Source of the DNA: Anthoceros angustus
Lineage: Eukaryota; Plantae; Anthocerotophyta
Length of the DNA: 64,000 nucleotides
Direction: 5' to 3'
Assembly: GCA_010909165.1 (NCBI GenBank)
Contig: MU008191.1
Location: 186,001 to 250,000, forward strand
The notes under the pieces are model-generated. The model ran no database searches, was not told the origin of the DNA, and saw only the letters and a list, made by a program, of their open reading frames with translations. Positions 12,201-23,658 of the stretch are shown piece by piece. The number at the start of each line of letters is the position of its first letter. The first letter of the stretch is position 1. Position numbers and translations under genes: made by a program.

Positions 12201-13144
12201 GCAGCTTAGAGGATGCTCGGAGGGTATTTGAGAGACTGACCACCAAAGATATAGTGACTTGGAATGTTATGATCCGAGGATATGCTCAACATGGGCCTGG
12301 TCAGGAAGCCCTTGCTCTCTATGCAAGGATGCAAGTGGAGGGGAATACTCCTCCTGACCATATTACATTTGCTTGCCTCTTGAAAGCTTGTGCCAGTATT
12401 GGAACTCTACATAAAGGAGAGCAGCTCCATGCCCAGATTCAGGACTTGGGACTGGAAGCTGATGTGGTTGTTGGCAGCAGCCTGGTGGATATGTATGCAA
12501 AATGCGGGAGCTTACAGGATGCCTGCAAAGTTTTTGAAAGATTGCCCAGAAGAGACATTGTCACTTGGAATGCCATGATTGCTGGATATGCGCAGCATGG
12601 GTGCTGTCCAGAGGCCCTCCAATGCTACGAGAAAATGCAGGAGGTGGGTGTGAAGCCAGATCAAGTTACATTTCTCTCACTTCTTTCTGCTTGCAGCCAT
12701 GCTGGGCTCGTCGACAAAGGCGTTGGATACTTTGCATCCATGAGCAGGGATCATGGGCTAACTCCAGACATTCAGCATTACGTCAGCATGGTAGACTTGT
12801 ATGGCCGTGCAGGATGCTTCACACCGTTACGAGATTTGTTGTCAAAAATGCCAGTGCAGCCTGATCTGGCCATGTGCTTGTGCTTGCTCGGTGCTTGTCG
12901 GAAGCATGGCAATGTAGAGCTGGGTGAAGAAGCCTTTTACTTTGCAGTTCGTCTGCAGCCGACACATGCTGCTTCATATATGTTAATGTCACAGATCTAC
13001 TCTGATGCTGGTCTTTTGGAACACGCACTAGAGGTGCATGTTTTGAGACAAGCTGAAGGTGCATGGAAGAAGCAAGGCAAGAGCTGGATTGAGTGTGAGC
13101 AGCAAGTTCAGACTTTTGTGGTAGGGGATCACGAGTTCCCATAG
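9223..13144 (+). CDS. Long PLS-class PPR protein (about 10 PLS triplets) with E1-E2 and PG box only (E/E+)
   Basis: join(9223..9416,9496..13144): the intron is in phase and exon 1 is a transit-peptide-like Arg/Ser/Thr-rich segment. Nine xMYxKCxSL S-motifs follow the first motif. The protein ends GKSWIECEQQVQTFVVGDHEFP*. Confidence 0.95.
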
Positions 13145-13689
13145 CGTTAACTGCTATGTATGTCACACCTTATATAAGGTTAGGTTGGGGCTGTTACGGA
13201 AAATGATAAGTTGTGTTTTAAGCCTAAGAGCAGGAAGGCACCTCCTGATGTAGACAGGCTCACTGGCCAGAAGATAAGAAATGAGAGGATTGTTGATTAC
13301 TGACCTGCATTGAAACGTGTTACACCCAGCAGCGTAAGTCAGGACATAAATCGCGCATGTCATAGTGTGCAAAGAAACTTCTGGAGATCAAATCTTTTTC
13401 ATTTTACAAGACTGTAGCTACCGTACCCCCGAGTGGTGGCTCAACAGTGTAATGTAGAAATAATTATTTTTAAAAAATATATAGGTTCAACATCTATATT
13501 TATATTTTAATAACTGAATATTTCTAATGATTTATTAAATTTTTAACATTTACTAAAATATATTTTATAATTATCAAAACATTTCCACCCTTTTAGATCC
13601 CACCCCACGTACCATACCTCCCTATTCCTCCATCACTTAATTTCTATTTTCTCTTCTCCATGTCCCATACCCATCCCAATCCCCCTCCC

Positions 13690-13840
13690 CTATCCACACT
13701 TCTTGTATTCCCCCCTCACCCCTTCCCTATCCACACTTCCTGTATTCCCCCCTCACCCCTTCCCTATCCACACTTCATGTATTCCCCCCTCACCCCTTCC
13801 CTATCCACACTTCCTGTATTCCCCCCTCACCCCTTCCCTA
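13690..13840. repeat. 37-bp pyrimidine-rich tandem repeat x4
   Basis: Unit ctatccacacttcctgtattcccccctcaccccttcc at about 13690, 13727, 13764 and 13801. Confidence 0.95.
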
Positions 13841-14250
13841 TTCTCACTGCTGAAGTGGCCAAGGCCCTCTTGGACTATGATCACCCCAAGCTCCTAGATA
13901 TTGTCTTATCTAAGATTTACCACTTCTGGGGTCCTGCCCCCTGCCTGGAGGAAGTCCTCGGCTTTCCCCATGCACAAAAAAGGGGATGTCTTACTCACAA
14001 ATAACTATAGGGTGGTAAATCTTTCACAAGATCTTCGCTAAGTGCATAGAAATACAAATCCGAGATGAGCAACTGCAAGGCCCAAATACCTATCAAGTAG
14101 GGTTTTGGGCAGACATGAACTACCAAGACTATGTTCTAGCACTCCATACCATCATCCAGGCAAGTAAGGCAGCTTCCCCCTCTCTTCATCTCTATTTCGT
14201 TGACTTTCACAAGGCATTTGATACTGTGCCAAGATAGAAGCTTTGGGCTA
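13841..14250 (+). mobile_element. Degenerate non-LTR (LINE) reverse-transcriptase fragment
   Basis: Frameshifted translations give TAEVAKAL, FPMHKKGDVLLTNNYRVV, YQVGF...DYVLALHTII and YFVDFHKAFDTVPR*KLW, which match the non-LTR RT motifs PIxKKGD..NYR, QxGFR and DFxKAFDxV. Confidence 0.85.
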
Positions 14251-14934
14251 CTACACAGTACCCCAGGGAGTTCAGGTGTCACCTACCTTGATTAGAGCCG
14301 CGCAACTAGCCTACCACATCAATAGCATACCACAAGCTTCATCATCAGGTTTGCGAGATGAGAGGCGGTTGGTGGGCATGATTTGTTTGTTTTCGTTTAT
14401 GTTGCAAGAAACTGATCATGTACGTGGTAAGAAGTTAAGGGATTGGTTGAGGGTTAAGGATTTATCCTAATATGCGTGTTTTGCTATTATGTGTAGTTGA
14501 TCCCAAAGAACATGATCATAAAGACAAGATACTAGAATTGCAAGCAGCTTTGGAGGTTGTCTCAGCAAGACTGAAGAAAACTGAGAAAAAGGAATAGAGG
14601 CTGACTAGTGCAGCCGAAATCACTAAATCACTACATCAAAGGGTTGTACATGTTGCAACCAAGCTACAATTGCCAGATGACTAATCTTCTCTGAACCCTT
14701 TAATATGTTTAGCTCTTTTCATTCCAGGATCTGTGCTTGGATCAAATTTCCGCTTTTTGGAGCTTAATGCCAAATTTTTGCTAATTCGTACAACAATTGT
14801 TGGTAATGAATTTGTTTTGATTGTCTCTCGTGCATCAATCTGCAACAAGTTAACTCACCAAATCACAACAGCATAAAAAACCTAAGACACCATGCACAAA
14901 AGCTCAAATACCATAATAAACAAAAAAAAAAATC

Positions 14935-15960
14935 TCATACATGTGTTGTCATTACTGGATTGTTTAAGCAGGTTCTGTGCATGACTCTCCGATCCAATGG
15001 AGGAGGTAGCTTTGGCGCAGTGGCAACGACAGTCTCCATGTCTCCTATTTCCGCAACCGGAGATATGTCGGCCAGCCTATCGTACTTCGCGATCAGAGGA
15101 CATGGCACCGGTACTAGTGATACTATTTCATTGGCCACAATGTGTGCATGAGCCTCTACCTTGTTGAGTGAGAGAGCACTCATCCTTTTGGCAATGTCCT
15201 CCTTACATTTCTTTACATCCCATAAGGCTTCCATGTTTTCCACCCCGTGGGCCAAAGCCCAAGTTGTCTCTTCTGGTGTTGGGATTTTTTCCCATTTCAG
15301 CAGAAACTGGCGTTGGAATTCAACAGCTCCAGCTTTGCCAAGTGGGTTCGACCTAGTGAATTGGTATTTCTCAATTTCTGCCTCCACTTTGCCTTTTAGT
15401 TGTTGCATTGTTGGCCAACTGCCATTTCCTTGGTTCAGCAATTGCACACCAGTTTCAACCCATTCTGTCCATATTTTTTCATCCACATCTAGTGGACGCA
15501 ATGCATGGGCATGATCGTAGTTGCCTTTTGCTTTGACTTGTTTCGCAGCCAACTTCATTTTCTTACCAACATAGCGAATTCTCGCTCTACAGCATTTTAA
15601 GAAATGGACTCCAATGTAATTGCGATTAGTAATGGTTGGAAATTCAGCAGCCACTTGATTTATGAGTTTTTCCCGCAACTGGGTATCATGCTTTGACCAG
15701 GGTAGCAGGAAAGTGAGCTTCAAAACTGTAAGCTCCATGATCCTCCTTTGGAAATCTCGCTTTTTATTTCCACTGAGCTCGCCCACCACATTGTTGGTTA
15801 GATCATCCAATATCCATGACATTTCAAAGCTAGAAATTGTGTTAGTTGCTGCTTGTACAGCTGGAGCCCCATGCAACTTTATCAGACATATAACTACATC
15901 TTCCAAGTCAAGTGGTCTCAGAATTTCTGCTAGAGCCAGTACCTTAGAACCTTTCCCCAT
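14935..15960 (-). mobile_element. CACTA/En-Spm TnpA-like (Transposase_24/Ptta-like) ORF, probable TE gene
   Basis: 341-aa intronless ORF in an AT-rich repeat island. RPLDVDEKIWTEWV...NPLGKAGAVEFQRQFLLKWEKIPTPEE resembles the P-x-W..W / G-x-x-G / P-x-x-E pattern of plant CACTA TnpA proteins. No TIRs were located. Confidence 0.5.
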
Positions 15961-16060
15961 CTCTTAAGAAGTATCCAAAATGATATCTTTTGAAATTACC
16001 GATATTATTAAAAGTATTATAACACTATCCCCTCACACGGGCTGATTAGCCAGGTTCAAA

Positions 16061-16292
16061 TATTAGTAAAGAGATATGTATAGTTGGCTCGGCCTTGGCT
16101 GGTGGAACTTCACTATAGAAATATAGCTAGAGGGACATGTATAGCTACCTCTTCCTTAGATAGTGGAGCATGTGATTATTAGTAAAAAGATATGTATAGT
16201 TGGCTCATCCTTGGCATGTGGAACTTCACTATAGAGATATAGCTAGAGGGACATATAAAGATACCTCTTGCTTGGATAGTGGAGCTTGATTA
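16061..16292. repeat. 116-bp direct tandem duplication (2 copies plus a partial third)
   Basis: tattagtaaa...gatatgtatagttggctc...ggaacttcactataga...tagtggagc starts at 16061 and 16177. Confidence 0.9.
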
Positions 16293-16762
16293 TAATAAAT
16301 TTATAATGCATGGGGCCTATACATATAGTTGCTTCATCCTTGGACATTGGAGCTTCGTAATAAAGATAAAGTATCTAGAACTAGGATTACATAAAACATG
16401 GTATTGATTTCAATAAATATTGAAAACCAGCTCAAATTGAGTAGTTTTGGACGAGACACCGAGAGGCTCTCGGTTAGAAATGAGCTCAGTGGAGACCTGG
16501 CTCTCAGCTAAAAAGTTTTGGAGAGGCCCGGATGACCCGGCTCTCAGCTAAAAAGTTTGGAGAAGTGGAGATGAGCCTCCTTGGCTGGTTGGCTGTAGGT
16601 GCCTTCCTGATTTTGGAGCGAGAGGCTCCAAAATCTTTGGAGAAGTTGAAATGAGCCTTCCTGGCTGCTTGCCTTTGGGTGTTGGCCTCTGTTTTTGCGT
16701 TTCCGCTCCGATCAGGTTCCGCGTGCCTCCTTGGGTGTTGGATGTCCGGTTGCGTGCACCTT

Positions 16763-16864
16763 GCCTCTTTGGGTGTTGGCCTCTTCGGGTGTTGGCCTCT
16801 TTGGGTGTTGGCCTCTTTGGGTGTTGGCCTCTTTGGGTGTTGGCCTATTTGGGTGTTGGCCTCT
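16763..16864. repeat. 16-bp minisatellite x6 (gcctctttgggtgttg)
   Basis: Read directly; it produces the 16-aa periodic ORFs seen in all three frames. Confidence 0.95.
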
Positions 16865-18461
16865 GCGGTTCCGCTCTGGTTATGTCCCTCGCGCATCTTC
16901 ATGTGCTGGTCTCCGTTTTGTGGCATGCTCGCTGTTCATGTCCCTCGGTACGGCCCTTGGTTGTAAATTTGTCTTCCGGTTCCCCTCTCCTCATGTCCCT
17001 CGCTGCGGGACTTGGTTCTGAATTTCGTTTCGTGTAAAGTCTTGATTTGCACAAAGCCATAAATCATGCTTTGAATGTGTAGTCCCATTTTGCATAAAAC
17101 TCCATATGCTACAAGATATTGGAAGTACTTAATCCCATTTTATGGGCCCGCAAAACTCCCACAAAGATGGACGTGGGGGCATGTTCGGGGATGGCTTGCT
17201 AGCTCCACACCCGCGCGGGGAAGCCTAGTCAAAAGCTTACCAGGTGGATACGGAAACATGACGATGTTGTGGCATAGAGCTAACGGGGAGTAAAGGCATA
17301 GAAACATCCAACGTCTTTTTCGTCGTGCAGCAGCGTGCATCGGAGTGGCTAAGGCCGTGATGGGACATACCAAAAGGATGAGGTGAGTAAAGCAAAGCAG
17401 CGTGCATCGAAGAGACATCCTCCCATATCAATCATACGCCTCCCAGCTTCACATGCTTCTCGTCCATCTTTCAAACGCCCGCATGCTACTTTACTAGTAA
17501 AATAACAATATTCTACTGCTGCAAGCTTTAGGCCAAAAGCAAGACCAATGGCGTCCGCCGCCTTGCGCTTTTCCCGCAAACACTCACATGGCTGTCATGT
17601 CTCATGTCGGAAAGGCCAAGGCTTGTCCATACACTAACTCAGTTCAGTTGTGGGCGTTTGCTGGATGGTTTCCGAGGTGCGTCGCTGTTTTGCTTTCCAA
17701 AATGTCTCACTCGCGGCCACAAAATCCACATCTCCTCCTTCACATTTACGCTGCATTAGTACGTTGCTTAACGTAAGGGAAGTTTGAATGAAGCCCCACA
17801 CGTGAGCCTCCCGCTTCGCTAACGTGCACGGGTACAGGAATTAGCGTCGACACATGACCCCTGTCGTCCCTTCACGCAGCCGGCATTATGGGTGTTCAAA
17901 CTGGCCGAGGCCGAGTCGCGACCGGTGTAATGTGCGTGTTGCGGAGTCGACTGTCGACTTGGGCGTTGGGGTTTCGCCGTTCCCGTTTCGCCGCCTTCCA
18001 GTACGGCCACGGCCGGGAGGACGGACGTCGAGGGGGCCCGGGCCCGGGTCTGGCAGCCTACCTTTTTGCCCGCCCCTGTTGGCTGGCGCCCTCTGCCTGT
18101 GAGCATATATTTTTTCTTCCCGTTGGCGCAGTTTCGAAATTTGAGCAAGCGAGGGACGCCAACGCACAGGCCCACACCGCGCGGGCCTCCCGGTGGGAGC
18201 GCATTCATGTCCGGATTGCCATTTATTTATGCGGGCGCAGGAAGAGGGAGCCCCAAGGCGCGGGTGGCATCCCGGGCCCCGAGGGCTGGGAACTGTCCCC
18301 GTAAAGGAAGGCGATGGCGTTCCGTTATCGCGCGCCGTACACCTCGCGGCGAAACCCCGTTTCGCCGCGGCAGGACGGACGGGCGGGCGCTCGGACGGAA
18401 GGCCGTGGGCTGTCCGTCCGTCGCCCATCATGGAATGCGGTCCTCTGACGGGCCTGGCCTG

Positions 18462-18630
18462 GCCTGCGCCTGCGCCTGCGCCTGCGCCTGCGCCTGGGCC
18501 TGGGCCTGGGCCTGGGCCTGGGCCTGGGCCTGGGCCTGCTCCTGCGTGCCTGGCTGGTGGTGGCTCCACAGACGAGCCTGCAGCGTGCTGCAGCAGGAGC
18601 GGCAGAGGCAGAGGCAGAGGCAGAGGCGGA
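18462..18630. repeat. Compound hexamer microsatellites (CCTGCG)n(CCTGGG)n and (GGCAGA)n upstream of the kinase
   Basis: Read directly. A (GGA)n tract also lies at about 19100-19148. Confidence 0.9.
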
Positions 18631-19378
18631 CGCGGACGCAGAAGAAGCATTGTCTGTTGGGCGCCGGTTTCGGTGGTTGGTTGCTCGCCCCGCTGCCTTC
18701 AGAGCTTCCACAGCTTTCAGTGCTTTCACCAGCCCTTTCGCTGGCGCCTCAGTGCCATCATCAGTGCGTCGTTTGTGTCTGTGTGAAAGAGATGAGTGAT
18801 GCAGAGGGCGGTGGGTGCATCTTAGTGTAGGATAGGGAAGGAAGTTGGAGTGTAGCATTGTCCTGTCGCTCTCGCTCTCCCTGCCCCTTCTTATTCTCTC
18901 TGCTGCTGCCCCTTCTGCCATGGCGGGCCTTCTCTGGCCATTGCTGTTGCCAAGAGTCGTTCCCCGCTTGAAAGAACGGGTGGCAGCTGACGGCCGCCGT
19001 CCGTGACGCTCCATGGAATGTTAACTGCCTGAGACAGCGATTGCAACAAGAAGAGGAAGAAAAGAAGTTACGGGCAGCTAGGCAACAAGAACAAGAAGAG
19101 GAGGAAGAGGAGGAGGAGGAGGAGGAGGAGGAGGTGGAGGAGGAGGATTGGGAGGAGCAGCTGGAGGAAGCATGTCAGGGAGGCAAGTTGTGGAACTGGA
19201 ACATGTGATGCTATAGCCTGATGACATGATGTGGAGTGGTGGTGGTGGAAATGGGTGGTGGGGAAGGAGGAGGGGCAAAGAATGAGGCAGGGGGAATTGA
19301 TGAGCTGGGCAGTGAAGCTTGCACAAGACTGTTTGCCGCCATCGCCATAGGGGCAGGCGTGGCGGAGCCTTGATCATC

Positions 19379-20596
19379 ATGTCGTGCTTTAATCACTTTC
19401 TCTCCTTCTTGCATTGCAGCATTGCGCTGGTGGTGATCATCGCAATTGCGCTGGTGGCCGTGGTGTCGTCGTGCGTGGCGCTGGGGTACTATTGCTATAT
19501 TCGGAGGAAGGTGCGGCAGAATGGAAGCGGGGTGTGCAGCAAGCAGCTGAAGCAGCAGCTCAAGGGGAATGGCAGCTGCAGCCACAGCAAGCCGGGGATG
19601 GGGATGGCGCTGGGGATGGGGCTGGCGGGGCAGGAGTACAGCCTGGTGGCGCCCAGGGCGGCCCGGGGCTGGCCTCCGAGGCGCAGGTTCACTTACCGCC
19701 TGCTGCAGCAGGCCACGGACAACTTCAGCCCGGTGAAGGTAGTGGGGCACGGCGGCTTCGGCTGCGTGTACAGAGGGACGCTCCCGGATGGCAGGGTGGC
19801 GGCCATCAAGCAGCTGGACTGGGCCGGGAAGCAGGGGGACCACGAGTTCCGGGTGGAGGTGGACATGCTCTCCCGTCTGCACTCGCACTTCCTGCTCGAC
19901 CTCATCGGCTACTGCGCGGACCAGGATCACCGCCTCCTCGTCTACGAGTTCATGCCCAACGGCAGCCTGCAGGAGCATCTCTACCCGGACATCTCCGCCT
20001 ACGTGAGGCCCACCCAGGTGCTGGACTGGCGCAAGCGCATGCGCATCGCCCTGGACGCGGCCAGGGGGCTGGAGTACCTGCACGAGCTGGTGCGGCCTCC
20101 CATCATCCACCGCGACCTCAAGAGTTCCAACATCCTGCTCGACGACAGGTTCAACGCCAAGGTGTCCGACTTCGGGCTCGCCAAGCACGGATCTGAGAAG
20201 GTTGGAGGCCATGTCTCCACCCGGGTGCTCGGCACTACAGGCTACGTCGCCCCCGAGTACGCCCTCACCGGGCACCTCACCACCAAGTCCGACGTCTACA
20301 GCTATGGCGTCGTGCTGCTGGAGCTCATCACCGGCCGCGTCCCCGTGGACATGAAGCGGCCCCCCGGCCAGGGCGTGCTCGTCTCCTGGGCTCTCCCCCG
20401 GCTCACCGACCGCGACAAGCTCATCGAGATGGTGGACCCTGCCCTCGGCGGCCACTTCCCCGTCAAGGAGCTCATCCAGGTTGCCGCTATCGCCGCCATG
20501 TGCGTGCAGCCTGAGGCGGACTACCGCCCCCTCATGACCGACGTCGTCCAGTCTCTCGTCCCCCTCGTCCGGGCGCACCTTGCTTCATCGTCATGA
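19379..20596 (+). CDS. RLK/Pelle Ser/Thr kinase with N-terminal transmembrane anchor (At3g58690-like)
   Basis: TM helix IALVVIIAIALVAVVSSCVALGYYCYIRRK; GHGGFG, AIK, HRDLKSSN, DFGLAK, GHVSTRVLGTTGYVAPEYALTGHLTTKSDVYSYG, AMCVQPEADYRPLM. A possible acceptor at about 19419 means the true start could be in an upstream exon. Confidence 0.93.
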   Translation: MSCFNHFLSFLHCSIALVVIIAIALVAVVSSCVALGYYCYIRRKVRQNGSGVCSKQLKQQLKGNGSCSHSKPGMGMALGMGLAGQEYSLVAPRAARGWPPRRRFTYRLLQQATDNFSPVKVVGHGGFGCVYRGTLPDGRVAAIKQLDWAGKQGDHEFRVEVDMLSRLHSHFLLDLIGYCADQDHRLLVYEFMPNGSLQEHLYPDISAYVRPTQVLDWRKRMRIALDAARGLEYLHELVRPPIIHRDLKSSNILLDDRFNAKVSDFGLAKHGSEKVGGHVSTRVLGTTGYVAPEYALTGHLTTKSDVYSYGVVLLELITGRVPVDMKRPPGQGVLVSWALPRLTDRDKLIEMVDPALGGHFPVKELIQVAAIAAMCVQPEADYRPLMTDVVQSLVPLVRAHLASSS

Positions 20597-21844
20597 TCTT
20601 CTTCTGCCCCTTTCTTTCTTCTTCTGGTTTCTTCACCATTCACTTCCTCGCACAGCGCAGCTGTAGGAGAAGGGAGGACGCGCTTGGATCGGATCCCATG
20701 GAGCTAGGGTTTTGCTTGCCTCTTGTGCAGATTATGGCCTAGGGTTTCTTTCACCATCCCTGCTTTTCGATGCTTTGCGATACTTGCTCGACAAGGGAAG
20801 GAAGGCAAGAAGGAAGCATGGAAGGAGGCATCGCCACCGGATGTAAAATACGTGAGGAACGGAGGACGCCATGGATCCAACGCCCGAACTTAGCCTGTGC
20901 CTGTAAGCTAGGGCTATAGCTACAATTGTTGTAATCTAACACCTACACAAGACTCTGCCATCCTTGACTCTTCTAGGCTGGCTGCCCGCAAGACATTCCT
21001 CTCTTCTGTCTCTTACTTAGCTAACCAACTCCCGGACAGGGACATGGCTATGCACCTGCGCATTTGGAATCTCCATCGCTTGTTGTGCAGGTAGATACAT
21101 CAGGATCCTTGACTTGATCCACACTGTTTGTATTTGCTGCCTGTTTCTTGTCTCTGCTGCTGCTGCTGGTCGGTGCTGCTCGGATAGCATCACATTTGCA
21201 CATGGCGCCTGCTCCTGCTCCTCACGTGGATAGCGGGTTCTTGTTTTTTTAAGGTTTGGAACAGTGCCGACCGTGGGCGGTGGGAGATCATGCGTCCTGC
21301 TTTTCTTGATGAATCTTTGCCGTTGGGAACAAGAGCATGCAGGCCTGCTGACGACGGCTTGAGTCATCTGAATGCTTGAGCAGCAAGCAAGGGCTATGCA
21401 ACTCGCAAGTTGCAACCCCTGTGTACCGGATCTCGATGCGTCGGTGTCAGGAGATCACGTGAAGACCCCCTTGGCGTTTTGAATAGCATGACGTGCACCG
21501 TCCAGCTCTTTTTTTCCTTTCCCTTCTCCTCCCATGGTTTTGACGTGAAGTGCTTGACCGCGTCCATAGCACCTGCCTCCTCTCTTGCACCTTTAGGTGG
21601 GGGCCCCCTTCACGCGCTGGATGAAACTCTACTGACGGGGCGGGGGCGTCCTTCTAGCTGCCTCTCTATCAGCAGCACGTCTGTGAAGTGAGTGAGTCTG
21701 ATCCCAAGTGTAGACGCAGCCGCTAACAAGTGAGAAGCAGACAATTGGATGCCTATGCCCCTTGCAACCTGCGGGATGATGGGTTCTTGGTACAACAAAC
21801 CTGCCGTGCTTCGTGACACCTGCCTCTCTGTGAGCAGGATCACA

Positions 21845-22974
21845 TCAGATGCCGGTGACGGATGATCGAACTGAGCGCGGTTTTTGTGCTTGCCCTTGCC
21901 CTCCTCCCTCCTCCTCATGGTCAAGAACCCTCATTGTCCACTGCAAATGCCAGACACGCAACTGGTATGTACTCAGATCCAAGATAACAGATCCACCTGA
22001 ATACTGAGCACGTCAGGGCCAGAGGAAAACACTCATGCTACCCTTGTTTGTTCGGACCATTTCTGTTGCAGTACAAATCTGTGGCGTGCAGGGTACCAGT
22101 GCCACATGACTAGTAATGGTACCAACAAGGCCATTGTACATACAGAGAAACATGAAAATGATGTTGTAACCCGACCCATGGTGGTGATGGTCCCTTCTTC
22201 CCACATCCTTTTTCTCTTTTACTGCTCCCTTGCCCCACTTTCAAGCAAGGCATTTGATGAATGCATGCACGGTGGCCTACCATGTCAAGTAGCAGCTGAT
22301 ACTTGAAGTCCAGCAGATTCCACTTCTCCCGGAGCTCCTTGACTTCAGCCACTTGAGTTGCATACTTTTCCAGTTCCTTTTTCTGCACTCTCTCACAGTA
22401 CCACCACCATCCTCTTTGTGTCAGACACGGTTCCCCTCTTAGCAACTGATAGCAACAAACGGACTAGAGACAGCCCTCCCTGCCAAGTCACTTTCTCTCC
22501 AGCTAGCTGTCCTTTACCTTCTTACAGTTGAGCGTTACAAACAAAGCTCACCATTCTCTTCTTCTCTCGCCGGAGCTCCACAAGTTCCTTTTCCAGGTTC
22601 CCCCCTGCTGCCCCTTCTGGAACGGCTCCTTCATAATCTGTGGGAATGCCAGTTACGATTTCTTTTCTTCAGTGTACTCCATTGGGTATGAGAAAAGTTG
22701 TCTCTCAACCCATCAAGTGAAAAAATGACAGCCCAGGAAGAGTGACCTGCTTCCCAGACTCCATCGTCAAAGGTGAGGTGGTTCCCGTCCAAAACCAGGC
22801 TGATGGGTCCTAAATCGGATGCCTCTGCCATGGCTTGCTCCGACCTCGGTAGCCGCTTCTTGCTGTCATGGGTTAAACATCCATCGTTTGACATCAACCG
22901 GGAATATCATCCAGGCCGGCCAAACCAATCTGCAGCAGACAAATCTGGGTTTGTGCTCACCGGAATAGGCTCAT
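21845..22974 (-). CDS. CBY1: Chibby-family basal body/transition-zone coiled-coil protein (5 exons)
   Basis: Hand-spliced in phase: MSLFR|KKRLPRSEQAMAEASDLGPISLVLDGNHLTFDDGVWEA|DYEG...NLEKELVELRREKKRM|KKELEKYATQVAEVKELREKWNLLDFKYQLLLDM|WTMRVLDHEEE...*. This matches the Chibby blocks G.P.MxLxGxxLxFExGxW and NNLLRLKVDILLDM. Confidence 0.8.
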
Positions 22975-23658
22975 CGTGCAAAATGGTTGCGTGATGATGT
23001 CCATTATGCCAACAGGGGCTGTGTATGCAGATCTTAGAGAAGTCGGTCGCAATTAATGCAAAATCGTGGCTGTTACAGGACCACTAGTCACGAATGATTT
23101 ACGGCTAGCGCATTTGCATGTGCTGGGTGCAACGCAATTCTGGATGTCGGCCATTACCACATCTGCTGCAGGTTACGTGCACATGCGGTTGCGTAAAATC
23201 CGTCACACCACGCTGTTACTTTACTTGCTGGGAATTTGAGATGTGAGAAAGAAGCTTCGAGACCCAGGAAATTCTAGTGTCAGGGGAACGCGGCAGCCGC
23301 GCGGTTTAGCCGCGCGGGGGGCATGCCAACGGCCATAACCGCCATCCATCCCAGGAAAGGGGCCCTAAATGCACAATCTTCGGCCTCAGAAGCTGGTTGC
23401 GCTCGCGAGCATCATCTATGCCTTGTGCGAGAGCGATCACATTCCTGCCTCTTACGATTTGTGAAGATATCGGCAGAGCCGCAACAGCTGCTCAAGATGT
23501 TGGCCACACTGTACTGGAGTTTGGTGTTCCTTGTTGTCTGCACCACCAACGTTCTCATATCTTCTTCCTGCACTTCCGGGTCCGATTGCGACCCTCAGCC
23601 TGAGATCGAGGACTCCTTTTAGCCCCGAGGATGGTTTCACTCCCACATAGGAGCAGCA

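Noticed and set aside
17819-19014. Several 130-250 aa ORFs with PG/AW/RQ dipeptide runs
   Set aside because: They arise from hexamer microsatellites in GC-rich upstream DNA and are open in most frames.
19211-20578. 455-aa minus-strand ORF (likewise 940-1911 opposite DHS)
   Set aside because: Antisense shadows of GC3-rich intronless genes.
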